A stretch of DNA of 64,000 nucleotides from Sphagnum compactum (taxonomy: Eukaryota), in contig OZ234493.1 of NCBI GenBank assembly GCA_965153455.1, positions 29,192,213-29,256,212 on the forward strand, read 5' to 3'. Of this stretch, positions 1-12,240 are shown in pieces (position 1 is the first letter of the stretch; each line of letters starts with the position of its first letter). The position numbers were made by a program, and so were the translations under genes. The notes beneath the pieces were generated by a model. The model worked only from the letters and a program-made list of their open reading frames with translations. It did no database searches and had not been told where the DNA came from.

Positions 1-40
<40 letters not shown>
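1..40. repeat. (TG)n(TA)n microsatellite
   Basis: Dinucleotide run directly visible at the window start. Confidence 0.95.
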
Positions 41-43
<3 letters not shown>

Positions 44-559
44 CTTAAATATAATTTTAATACGTACATTAAAATACACCCCTATGTCACTATAGATACC
101 GTTAGGATGCAATTGATTTGGTGACTATTATGATTTATGGGACATATTAACCTATTAATGGATGAAAATAAACTTAAAATCCATCCAACGAATTGGATGA
201 AGTTTCTAATAGTTGCATCATAGTTATGAAAATGACCAAAATAGTTGAAATTTGGTCTTGTAGTTGTAAATATTTCCCAATCTAGTCACAAACAACTACA
301 AATCGCATGTAGTCATAAATGGAGTGGTTACATTCTGGCTGATTTTTACTAGTGAGTTTACAAGTAAGCTTGAATATCCACCCATTTCTTTCATATTCAA
401 TTGTTGTGTTCCTCTCTTGCTAAGTTGAAATTATAAACTCATTTTATTCCAAGGGTCGAATGTCCTTAAGTCATACAACAAGAAAATGTTGTGAGGTTTT
501 CTCTACATTTTTGCATCCCCAACCAACACCACTGGGAGGCGGGTAATGGTTTTTCACAT

Positions 560-2300
560 GGCCTTACTGCTTGGGTATCAAATAATTTAATAGACCCGGG
601 CATTATGTGATGTTGTGGTGTCACACCTTGATTTGTAAGCCAGTTCTAATGCTCTAATAAACAATGTTACACAAAAAAAAATTCATGATCCTTATCATCA
701 GAGATGTAGAAATGATTTTCTTTGATGAACTTTTAATTCTTTTCATTAGATCCACTTGTGGGGTCCACTTTGTATGTAGTGTGCACCAAGATTGTCACTT
801 GAAATGAATGCCAATGCATTGATTGGATCTCATTCTAGATTTGAAAACTTTTAATTCTCAACAAAATCAATGTGTGATAAAATGCAATCAAAAGGTAAGG
901 TACCCATAACTAACCTACATTGTGTATCTTGCCATCTTGCAACAAACTTGCGGGTGATAAAATGTTGTAACTTAGGTCACATGTAATCCAAAAACACAAA
1001 AAAATAGTTTATTTAAATTCTTATTTAATCATTTTCTTGGGTTTGCTTTCATATGTCACCCCAATAATATCTTGTTGAAAACATCTACAAGCCACTTCCC
1101 ATGAACCACCTGTAGAACACTCATGAAAACAAATTGCCAATTGGTTCACCCCACACTGAACACAATCCCCCATGAGGTAGTCCAACTTGTGCCACTCTTC
1201 AAACTGCCCTTTTAGGCAAACACAATTCTCCCACAATGCTATCACCCCCTTATATGAATTAATATGGGCTTGACAAATGTCCTACTCAGTAGCCTTGTCT
1301 TGCCAACAGATTGCACATTGACAATTGCATGCATTTTGTACATGAGCTCCCTTCACGTCATCCCTGAAGATATTCAAGCCTTGTCACAACAAATCAATTT
1401 CAACATGGTATTTGCAGCAACAAACATTCTTATCTTTACATGGTTCCACAAAGTAAGATTTCAGGCTTTCGAATTTCCTTTATTGAATTACTACCTCTGG
1501 ATGGATAGTTATAAACCAAAGGTAGAATGAAATCTGCAAAAACCAAATTCCTCAAAAAGTTAGATGTTTACTTCACCCAAATATTACAAACACAAATACA
1601 TAATTGCTTGATTTCTGTTAGATCCTATCCATGAACTTCTTTATCTAAACTTAAAGATCTTTCTCTTAATTGAACTTTCTGTATTTAAACATAATTACTC
1701 TAAAAGAAGACTATTTCACCTCTGATTGTTGCCCAAATTGTTTGGTTTGCAATGCAATATATTAATTTGTAGAAAGCCAAAGGTCTTTAAGAAAATTGAA
1801 AGGCATCATCATTGCCCATCCAAAGTCCTATGATCCTCCCTAATCCATCACCTAATCTAAGCATAATAAGACTATAATTTAAAAAAAGTCATTGCCAACG
1901 TACTGAATCCTTATGATTGATTTAGCAAAATGCCAAACTTAGTACCAAGGTTGAACCTTACTTGAGATTCTAGTAAGAAGTGTGTTGCATATGCTTCATA
2001 CTGGTTTTGTGTAAGGTGTTTACATGTGACATTTTTTTTTGTTGAGGCTTACTTGTGTCTCAACAGTCCACCACAATATCACTAGGTTCTTTGTCTTTGT
2101 GTTCACACCCTCTTGCCTCTTCCTTCTTTCAAGGAGAGCAAATGGTGATAAACCAAAATTTTGAACTAATTGCTGTTATTCAACTATACGAGATAAATTG
2201 TGGTGGGCAATACCCAATACTTGTGAAAGTACCCATCAACAATACTTATAGCAGCTTGAAGTAATGTTCCCTTCCTTACCAACTTGGTTTTTGAGTGTGG
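560..2300 (-). mobile_element. Degenerate DNA-transposon transposase, Sola2-like DDE family
   Basis: Minus-strand translation across stops gives ordered motifs FESLKSYFVEPCKDKNVCCCKYH (~1400-1475), CLKGQFEEWHKLDYLMGDCVQCG (~1150-1225), IDFVEN..EIQSMHWHSFQVTILVH (~780-875) and HFYISDDKDH (~685-715). These resemble the CxCxxH / DFxENY..EIQSxHW / ISDxxxHD motifs of Sola2-type transposases. Boundaries are approximate. Confidence 0.6.
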
Positions 2301-4315
2301 ATTTTTCACTTTCCCTAACTCTGCCTGAAGGAAAGTTCAAAATCTCGTTGTGACTTGGCCTCATCCCAACTTGACCTCATTGGGATGGGGATAATACTCA
2401 GGTAAAGATGGGACAATGAGCTCATGCCCTAACACTTTCTCCAATATAGCAGGGCATGAAGCCAACACAGTGGCCATGGATTGAACCATAGAAATTGCCT
2501 TCCTGCAGATACTGCTAGCAGAGATATCAGGCTCAGATTGAGAGGGACAGTATCTGGTTGCATCCTTTCTGAGCCCTTACTTTTGCTCGATGTTTCTGTT
2601 CATTTGCCAACAAGGGCATATTCAAGTTCTCTATAAATTGTTACTGGAATTTGATTGAAACTAATACATTGAATGTGTTGCATGTTATTTAAGTAATGTA
2701 ACGTTATTCTAATGTCTCAGTTAACTTAGTTGTCAGAAAGTTTGTTACACCTTACGATTTATATAACATGGGAGTAAGTGCCTAGTGCATTTCATGCAAC
2801 AATGACTTTGTTGTCAAAGAGAGGATGGCGAAGCAACCCCAAAATTTCCAAGCATAAGTTAATGCTAGTCTTTATTTCTGAAGGCCGATGTGATTCCAGT
2901 ATCACTACTTATGCTCACAATCACCTCACAACTTTACAAGTCAATTCTCAAACACAAAGCTATACCAATTGTGAATAAACTTGTAGATCACTATAAAGTA
3001 ACATCTCTAATAAAAAAATGGGAATATGCGTTCTTCATATGCTCTCTAGAAAGTTCCCTAGATATATAAAATGTTCCTAAGATTTTAAATATAAATTACT
3101 TATAGATTTCTAGCCTAATTACAGTTTTTCAATTAAATGGGTTTCCATGCAACAAGAAATAAAGGCTCTATTTCAATTCCTTTCCATTAGGTTGGTGGGA
3201 TCTAATCATGATAGCCCAACTTAATGGCAACAGAGACTCAAAAAGTCACCCTTATGTACAATTAGGCTATGTGGTACATCACATGCACATCAGTCTCATG
3301 AATTTGAGGATTTTCCAATTCTTTAATCCAGTTTGCAATTTTATTTTATTCCTCTTGCTAGTTGGCAAAATAGTTGTGATCTTCATTACCTTTTCATTTC
3401 ATGTTTCTCAATGATTTTTCATCCATTTGACTTGTACACTTTTTTTCTTATGCTATTTGCCAATATGTCCCAACACTGAGGTTGCAGGCAGATGGACGTG
3501 GTAAACCATTTGGTTTTGAACCCTCCGCACCCCCCCCCCCCCCCCAACCCCCAAAGTTACATGCATGTCATACTGATTATTTCCATGAATATAAACAAAT
3601 GGACTATGTTATCCTTTCAATATTCCAATCCCATGCTTGCCTCAAAGGCTCAATGGCCCAACTTGAGCATCACTACCTAAAAGTCTGTGATTTTTCGTTT
3701 TATCTAAGTTCACACATATTATGTGTTGGAAGTAGCCATTGCGTTTTGGGCCCTTTTATACAGTAATTCTTGTACATGTTCTTTTGGCACTTGCAAGCTA
3801 TGAGGGTCACCCCTTCAGAAGTTGAGAGGGCGGGGGTGGCGTAATTTGTAGAATCTTTCTTTTCGCTTGGGAATTTTTCTTCCAGACCAATAATATATGC
3901 ACTTAAATGTCATGTTGGTTGATATTCATAGAGGCACATAGGTTGACTGGGCCAGAACGTTTCTCCTCGTGGGTTTCCGTGCCTGAAATGATGATATATA
4001 TATATTTAAATTTATATTCTCATTTTTTTCCTCCTTGTTCCCTGATGCACAGGACATTTTTTGTGCTTTGATAGACAATGTCTCGGATTATTCTTTCTTT
4101 TACCATGGGAAGTTTATTTGCATGCTAATAACATTGACTTTAATATCATGTAAAGCACTTGGAGAGGATCTGTAGTGTATTTGGATGGCACCTTATATTC
4201 ATCAATTTCCCTTCAAGAAAATCGGAGGGTTCTTACACCTATAATACCTGAATATCTCACTATTGAGGATTAGGCATAATCTCCCTTCTATGCCTCCTCA
4301 TCTTCATAGGTTTGA

Positions 4316-4811
4316 TTCATGATAAATTTTGTTTCATGCTTTATGAGATGTAAAAGCCCATGGGTGGGGGACATTCCCAAAATGCAGGGCTGGACTCAGC
4401 TATTGCTCGTCCTAGGCCCTTTATCTTGAGGATGTCCTCAGCGTAGGGCTTTACCCTACACATTACATTCACCTTTTTTATTTTAAGTAGAACTTTTTTC
4501 GCCAAACATATAGAATGGGGCTTTAAATCTCAAGTTTGCATAGTGCTAGATCCCTTGGTTCATGATAAATTTTGTTTCATGCTTTGTGATATGTAAAAAG
4601 CCCATGGGTGGGTGACATTCCCAAAATGCAGGGCTGGACTCAGCTATTGCTCATCCTAGGCCCCTTATCTTGAGGATGTCCTCACCATTGGGCTTTACCC
4701 TGCACATAATGTTCACCTTTTTTTTTAAATAGAATTTTTTTGTCAAAAATATAGATGGGGGCTTTAAATCTCAAGTTTGCATAGTTGTCACTAATCAATG
4801 CTAGATCCCTT
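4316..4811. repeat. Tandem duplication, ~243-bp unit, 2 copies
   Basis: TTCATGATAAATTTTGTTTCATGCTTT...CATTCCCAAAATGCAGGGCTGGACTCAGCTATTGCTC starts at 4316 and again at 4559. Confidence 0.93.
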
Positions 4812-5309
4812 CTGGAGATGATCCCCAACGATGTTAAATTAAGATGCATAAGAAACACATAAGTTGTATGATGAAATGTAATTAAAATAGGCTTGCCCGA
4901 CTAGAAATGAAAGACAGTATTTACCCATAATGAGCCCTTTTGGATGCCTTTTTTGAGCTTGACAACGTAAGCTCTTTGGAATTTTTGTCACAAATCTTAA
5001 AATGATCGTTTTACAAACCATGCAGGTGATAAGAACTTATAAGAAGCTTCAGGATATGCTCCAAAAAGATTGGAACAGATCTCATCAAACCAAGCAAAAA
5101 AAACAGCCTGAACTAGGATATCAACAGATGCTTATGTTCAACTTCTCCAGGTTATTCCTGAATCTGAGAAAGCAGACAAAACATTGCAATAGTGTTCATT
5201 AGTGTTCTAATGTGACTCTTGTCTTTTCCTGAACTTATTGCAAAATAATCTTTTGATAATACATTCGCTGGATAGCTTGCGTCTGCTCATAAATTTGAGC
5301 TACATGTTT

Positions 5310-5400
5310 CTATGGGGGCCTTTCAGGTTTGAGATCCTGCTATGGGGACTTGGGATCTCAAATCAGGAAGGCCCCCATAGCAGGATCTCAAATCTAAAAG
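5310..5400. repeat. Head-to-head 30-bp units forming an inverted repeat
   Basis: TTTGAGATCCTGCTATGGGG (5328-5347) is the exact reverse complement of CCCCATAGCAGGATCTCAAA (5373-5392). 5311-5337 also pairs with 5353-5379. Confidence 0.85.
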
Positions 5401-5897
5401 ACCATCGTGAAGGGACCTTCCCTTACACAAAGCAATGGTACTTTTTTCTTGCTTTTTGAAACGACTAATCATAAGACTGAATCTTGTGGAAGTTCCAGTA
5501 AAATGGAGGCAAGTCTCAAAATAAATCTGAGGTAAATCAAAGAAAGTCAAATATGACAAATTTAGACTGGAGAGTGACTTAAAAATACTCCCAAAACAAA
5601 AAAACAAAAGTGCCAATGGTTTACGGTTCGAAAAGTGGCCACTAGATCGAGGGTTAGGAGTATACGCGGAATCTTCTATCCTGATCACACCAAGTTCGAT
5701 CACCACCTCCAATTGTTGATTCCTTGGTGTGGTTGGTTTCGCTAGATGTGACGTCATGGGATCGAACCACTTGTATCTGTGTCGGATACGCAATTGTGAC
5801 ACATGTGAAAGATGCGCACACGATCAGGTCGTACTGGAGGAACTGGAAAATTGATTCTCAGAAACATTGAGTATCATCGGTATTTGTAATAACGTCT

Positions 5898-6148
5898 TTT
5901 TTTGTGGCGAATTTTCGCCACTTGGCGACAAAGAAAAAGGGCTGGCGAATCTAACAAAGGAAATTTTGGGAATTGTTTTTTAAAATTCGCCATATTTTGA
6001 GGAAAAAAAGGCTAGAAGTCGCCAGATTTAGATAGTGTGTTACTATAGATCGTCAGAACAAGGCAGGATTCCAAAAAAACAATCTACTTGTTTACCACGA
6101 CAGTCGCCATTTACTGCTAATTAATGCTGAGGGAAAAAAAACCCTGAT
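5898..6148. repeat. Copy of an abundant dispersed repeat family (TTGGCGAC.../TAGCCAAATTTGGCT-type)
   Basis: Related decayed copies at ~10170-10390, 19760-20215, 26540-26800, 39920-40050, 40300-40500, 60265-60555 and 62685-62990 share modules such as TAGCCAAA(T/A)TTGGCTA, GTGGATGAT..CCAGT..GGCTACAT and TTTTGAGGAAA. Confidence 0.65.
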
Positions 6149-6169
6149 TTGTACCGTTGGCATGACATC

Positions 6170-6176
6170 TATAAAA
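6170..6176 (+). promoter_or_regulatory. Putative TATA box of the 6.5-kb membrane-protein gene
   Basis: TATAAAA lies ~300 bp upstream of the first in-frame ATG. A TGACGTCA palindrome lies further upstream (~5748-5755). Confidence 0.4.
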
Positions 6177-6477
6177 CAGCGAGTGTTCCTCCCAAGTCTA
6201 AAGCCTCCGGTTCCCTTCCTGCGTTGTCAGTTGACGATTTAGTCATTCTTGGTCGAATTAGAGGGAGGGGAGGTTTTCGTACATGAACCCGTTTTTGGAG
6301 TGGAGGAAGAGCATTGGCTACTGTGTACTCGCGTTCGTTTTCTAGCGGTTATTGTCGAGGGAACTCCCTGCAGCTGGGGCCTAGCCTTTTCTTCGCTTGT
6401 TTGAAGCCACGAAAGAACGCGGTTGGTGTGCGAGACGAATCACCAGTAAGCTATTGCGCTGCTTACGACTAGAGAAG

Positions 6478-7858
6478 ATGATTTGGCGTTGGGGCAAGTC
6501 CGGCGTGATCTCGAATCTGGAGTTGGGAATGCTCCTGATCCTGCAATGCGTCGTTCTGGTCAGCTTCCTGTCGACTACTGTGGCTTGGCATCATTCACGT
6601 CCTGCGCCGTCTGCGCCGTCGTCAGTTCCATCACCTCCATTCTGTTCGCCGTCTGCGCAGTCGCCAGTTCCGTCTCCTCCATTCTGTCCGCGTTCGGTGG
6701 TGACCACTATCGGGAGTGCGTTTCTCGCCTTAGCCAGCCTGATGATATATGCATGGGATCAGGGTTGGGCTACGGTAGCGTTTACAAAGCAGAATGATGC
6801 TCCTCCCTTTTGGAAATTTTGGAAAAAACGCAATTTCTGCTGGAGCCTGCGTTGGACCATTGTGTTAGCACTAAATCCAATAGTTTTCACATTTTATGTT
6901 CGTGACCCGCAAATTTCGCAATATCCTCAAAATGGCAGGCATGGAGGATGGCGGCCATACTTATAAGATAGCGAAAGACATTGCAGATAGCTGGGTCGCG
7001 GTAGGGGTTAAAAACCTTGACTCCATACCCAGAAGGTACAATCAAAATTGGAAGAATGCTAACCCGCAAGCTAACCCAGAAGCTGAACCGGACCCAGATC
7101 TTGTTTTGAACCTTGCAGGTACAGGTGACCCACGAAGCGATCGGCAGTGGCCCGACGCGAGCAGTTTTCATTTCTTTCTGTTAAATTACGATGGAATGCT
7201 GGCCTTATTACGTAGTAAAGCTCTTGCGCACGCTGATCGCGAACAATTGCGGTTTTTAGGCTCTAGAACAGGTCTAGAGGTCTTCATAATTGTTCTCCAA
7301 TCAATGAGCTACATCACAGCTGTTGTATATAGGCGTATACAGCATTTACATGTGGCTCCCATAGAAGCCATAGGTTTCACCGGTAGCCTGGTGTTTCTTG
7401 TCTACGCTTTGGTACAAAAATGTTTTGGAAGTTTAAGTAATGAAGGTCTTCTAATATACCTAACCCCTGCACAAGAACAAGCAATTAAGGATTTTGGGAA
7501 GGAAAACCCACTACCTCACTGGTATGGCGGTAAGGACCCTGATCGTCGGGCGTTCAAATGGACGAGTATAGTGGGTTCTCTGGTGATTGGAGTGGCAACA
7601 TGGCTGGTATACCCGGTGTTAAAATATAGGGTGGATTTGCTGGGGCACATCATCTTTTTTGGTGACTTTCTCCTCCAGTTCATTCTCTTGTGGGTGTACT
7701 TCAAACAGCGCTCCGGACTTGGTCCATTACTGATTCCTGCGATTATTACTGTAGCTGGCGTGGTCTTGGCCATTGTTGCTACAAGTCGGCATTGGCATGA
7801 TCAAAACTTTGACATCCCCACCCCTTCACTTGGTCGCTATTTGCCTTTCATTCATTAG
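6478..7858 (+). pseudogene. Intronless multi-pass membrane protein gene with signal peptide, interrupted by one frameshift (pseudogene or assembly error)
   Basis: ORF 6397-6966 (frame 1) and ORF 6896-7858 (frame 2) overlap. Deleting one T in TTTT at 6892-6895 fuses them into ...RWTIVLALNPIVFTFMFVTRKFRN... (~442 aa from ATG 6529, ~459 aa from ATG 6478). The product has an N-terminal hydrophobic signal (MLLILQCVVLVSFLSTTVA), a Pro/Ser repeat, then about seven hydrophobic segments. The region is GC/CpG-richer than its flanks. Confidence 0.75.
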
Positions 7859-10800
7859 TCTATTAGTTTGTTCATTCCTCTGTCACAAAGTACATTGAAC
7901 GTACATAGGTGTGATGAATCTTGGGTATCAATATCTGAAGGCAAATGTTATAAGGGCTGAAATAATTGTAATCCTTATAGCCATTCATTTTCTATGCAAA
8001 ATAAATATGTTACTAAACTTGTCAAATGATTTAATAGATGATTAAAACGATCCCTCAGCATAAAATGATGGTCAGGTTTTGATGGCAGGTGCTTACATTA
8101 GTGCCTTTTTGAAGTCAGTGAGAATGTGTGCATCTGAGTGAGAACAGGGTAATTGTTAGTAAAATCATTTTTTATGTAGCAGTAAATATTTCAGGGAGTC
8201 CTGATAAATTTCTTTTATTTTGTTGTGTATCGAAATGACAATGTATCAATGCATCATATTTCATCGTGCACTATGTCATGATGCATCATGTTATATGATC
8301 AACATAAAGCCTAAAGCACATATTTATTGTGTTAAGAAAGGTGAGGAAAATGTCAAAATGATTGCATGCAAAAAGCTTTATAAATTAACATCTAAATGTT
8401 TGTAAATATTATATTATAATTATTAATGTATTAGAAATATCAATTTATTAAAATTTGAAAATACATGAATAAGATATTATCATATTTCCAAGTTTATGGG
8501 TAAGGTAAATACCTGTGAGAAAAGAAAAGAAATTTAAAAATCGTAACCCCTTTTCTCTCCCTAAATTTTCACTTATAACCTCACTGCAACCCGACCCAAC
8601 TTTTTTTTTAAAATTACACGCAGACCTATAACCTCCTATAACCTTATCCATTCAGCCAACTTTTGATTCTCCAACCTCTATACCCACTCAAAAGATGTTC
8701 CGACAATCCCTCTCTAGGACAGAGCCAATAAAATTTCCTTACTTTGCAAATACCAGTAAAAGAGAGGTTAGGAGGTGAAAGGAGGCCCAAAGGCAGGGTG
8801 AAGACAGGGTGACTTTACGGTTATGTCTATTGTCTTGAGAAGTTGAGAAGGGGGCCGGCCTCCCACAGTATAGAAGTTACTGTTGACAATTTAGGAAAAT
8901 TTAGGTAGAGAATTGTCATGAAAATGCACTGGGGAAAAAAAACCGACAGCACTTTAAGGGTGGTTATTCGCCTCCAGGTTAGATTGATTGGTTCATTTGT
9001 AGTATACATATTATAAGAAAATATTTACTAGTTTCTGAAAATTTATTTTGTTCATTTGTTTGCCTCCATTTACACAGATTGTCAAGTTCTCATTTTTCTG
9101 CCTTTGGAGCATGAACACCTTTCGACCTAAAGTGATCTCTAATGATCTTGCCTTTCCATGTCTTGAAGTTGGGCAAATTTTCAACCTTAGAAATGAAAAA
9201 AGGGAATATTATATTGAAAATTCCCAATTTCAAAGAAAAAATGCATTTGCTTTGGTAGTTGTTCCATTGTATAAAAATAATGCTACAATTGTAATCTTCA
9301 CCTTCACAAAGAGATACAACACAAACATTCAATTTGATAACTTCTTGAGCTGAAATAATTCTAATATTTTCCTTCAAAGAATCAAAAGTTGTAACACAAA
9401 GGTTGAGTGTTGGCTGCTTGAGAAAAATCCTAACCCTACCTAGAAGACACCATTAGGAATATGCACGAGGTTTTGCCCAACATCCTAAATTGATATTAGG
9501 CATGGTTTTGTAAGGTTGTGGGTACATAGGTGGGGGTACCTACTTGTATTTTTTATTTATCTAGGTATGAAGGGGTACATGCTTTTGAAATCTTTGCATT
9601 TGACTATTACTCATATACCCAGGTCAATACTCACCCAACATTGGTTTGCACTCCTAGATTATTTTCTTGGTATTTCAAAGCATCTGCTTGCATAGAAAAT
9701 GCCTTTGTCAATTAAAGGACCTTCCACCATTCAAGTAAAAAACCTTTCATACTTTACATTGGGGAAGGTTTCCTATGGAATCCCCTTAATTTTGGGCCTA
9801 ACACCCTCAAGCTACTATCTCATATTATGGGAGGCCATGGGGAGGCACATGCCTTCCTCTAGACATAGTCCTCTATACATGTATGGCTCCAATGCTCCAT
9901 ATGATGTTTCTTTAATGTATTATGGAATGGTCAAGCCCTTGCCCATCATGGGTAAGGCTCTGATGAGCCCACTAAGGCCAGAGCAATTAATCAATGCACC
10001 CAACATAATGGGCAAAGGTGAGACCATTCCATGACAATAAGGTCGAGAGTGGCAGATCAACGATTCTAAAAATCCCCATGTTCCACAGATATTTTGCAAA
10101 CATAATTGAATCACTATCCTCAAAGCCCTTTACATGACACTATACAGTACCATTTTGGCACTGGCAGCGGTTTTTTTTAATGGAAAGAAAACATTGAATT
10201 CAAGAAATCGCGTGATTTGTTTTTTAAAAATTAAGTTCCAGGCAGGTAGCAAACAATATAGAATATTGATGCATAAAAAAATTTAACTTTTTTTTTTGGG
10301 GTGGGTTATAGCCCAAATTTGGCTAAATATGGCTAGATGAATGCCATGACTTCAGCTACTACAACACAAATTTATTAAAGAAAAAAGCCTTGGGCACTGC
10401 CTCAAAAAGCCTCTCATGACACACTAGAATGAACACAGCAGCTTTTTGTTAAGAAGGCCATTACTACTTACATTCAGTTTAACTTATTGTGGTTGTCTAT
10501 TGGCAATGGAACTGGAGGAGAGATATGAGGAGACTATGGAATGATGTAGTTCTCATTTGGTCTCACATTTTGAGAATGTTTTCGTGGTTTCATCATACTC
10601 CCTGATTGGATTTGGCAACAAACTGTCGACTAATTAATTAATATTTTAAATCTTAGCTTGGGCACTTGGTTTTTCAATTCTAATTTTTTTGGCAGAAAAT
10701 GGTTATAAAAAATTAATAAATACAATCTTGTTATATTTATGGAACAATCTAATAAGTGTGTTAGACCATCTCAATCAATCTTAAGTTCAAACCTGACAAT

Positions 10801-11399
10801 CAAAAATTTGCACATTCTTAATTTTATAATAATTATAAATTGTTTTTACACAAGTAATAAATAATTCAAAAATGATGGATTGTTATGTCCAGGTCTTGGG
10901 TCTGCTGTTGTGCTTCAAAAGAAAAAGACAAAAGAAGGCATTAAACATCAAAATGACTGCTCTTGATTGGTCAAGTTGATTACATTTAAATAATCTTTCA
11001 CCTTATGTTGTCCTTTTTTCATTTAAAAAATATATGTCTCTAGGTCCCCAATTCTATTTACATGTAGAATTAGAACTAAGATATTTTATTAAAAAGTTTA
11101 ATAAAAAGGGCTTATTGAACGTGAACTAATAGTTAATTGTCAATTCATTCCATGTTACCCAGAATCAGACCGTAACTAGACTGGAACTAGCCTAGAACCA
11201 ATCTAATATGCATAACCAGAATTTATTGAATAACCATATTCTTGATTTCATTTATGTATGAAATTAAATTTGTCTAATTTATTTTTTAGAATTAGAATCG
11301 CAGGTTCTTTGTAAAATGAAAGAATTGCCCAACATTTGACATGCCCTTAGATTTGTCAAATGGTATTGAGGTAAAGAACTAGTTGATTCTTAGTTTTGC

Positions 11400-12240
11400 A
11401 ATGGAATGCAAACCTAAGATGCACTCCGTAACTCTCAAAAAAAAAGAGGGAGCTTCAAGATAGGACTATGAAAAACTCATAAGCAAAAGTTCGAGATGAA
11501 ATCAACCTACCAAAACCAAATAAAAAAACGACTAACATAAATTGGGCTCAAAATGGTGCATAGATGAGCCATGTGCTACCTAACTCACAAGATGCATCAC
11601 AACCTAGACTTGGGAGGATAATGGTAACATAATCCCTAATTGGAGATGAATTGCATCAAAATGACAAAAAGTCTTGAGATTCTATTGAATGTTTTTGAAT
11701 CCTGAATTTTTTTAATTTTGTCAAGTTACAAGGCTCACAACTTTGCAACTCATAGTTCTCACATGCAAACATCCATTGAAAAGCTTTCAAAGGAAAAGTT
11801 TTATCCCTTCAATCAAAGAGGCCTTTGTAATGCCATATTGTAAGACCAATTTAAAGGTCTTTTTGATCCCTGTTTTTTGAGTTTTAAATGATTCGGAATC
11901 AAATTGCTAATTCAACTTTTGACCATTTTTTTTGGCCATAATTTAAATGGAAAATACAAGCCCATTATTATGATTGAAAAAATTTCCAATGATTAAAAAA
12001 TAGCCCAAATTGGACATCTTTTTTATTTTCAAATTTTTCTCAAAAACTCAAAATTTATGTGAAATTTCAATTCCCATACTAAAAATACCACTATGAATGT
12101 TGCTATTCATTTTGAAGTGCTACTACCTACTTCCTTACATTCTTTCACATTTGTGGGAACATGTTTGAGTTTTGGGACATTCCTTTAAACCACATTTTCT
12201 CTCAATCTTAAAGTTTGGTTATGAGCCCAAGTGTGAAACT
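11400..12240. mobile_element. Highly decayed LTR-like repeat remnant
   Basis: Non-coding, CpG-depleted segment resembling decayed moss retrotransposon LTR sequence (ends ...TTGGTTATGAGCCCAAG). Recognised from memory only; no partner LTR in the window. Confidence 0.3.

Noticed and set aside
5323-5802. 159-aa minus-strand ORF
   Set aside because: No recognisable motifs; it runs through a palindromic repeat and starts at a non-ATG codon.
6884-6900. Programmed ribosomal frameshift joining the two membrane ORFs
   Set aside because: It needs a +1 shift, and there is no canonical slippery heptamer or evident stimulatory structure; an indel is more parsimonious.
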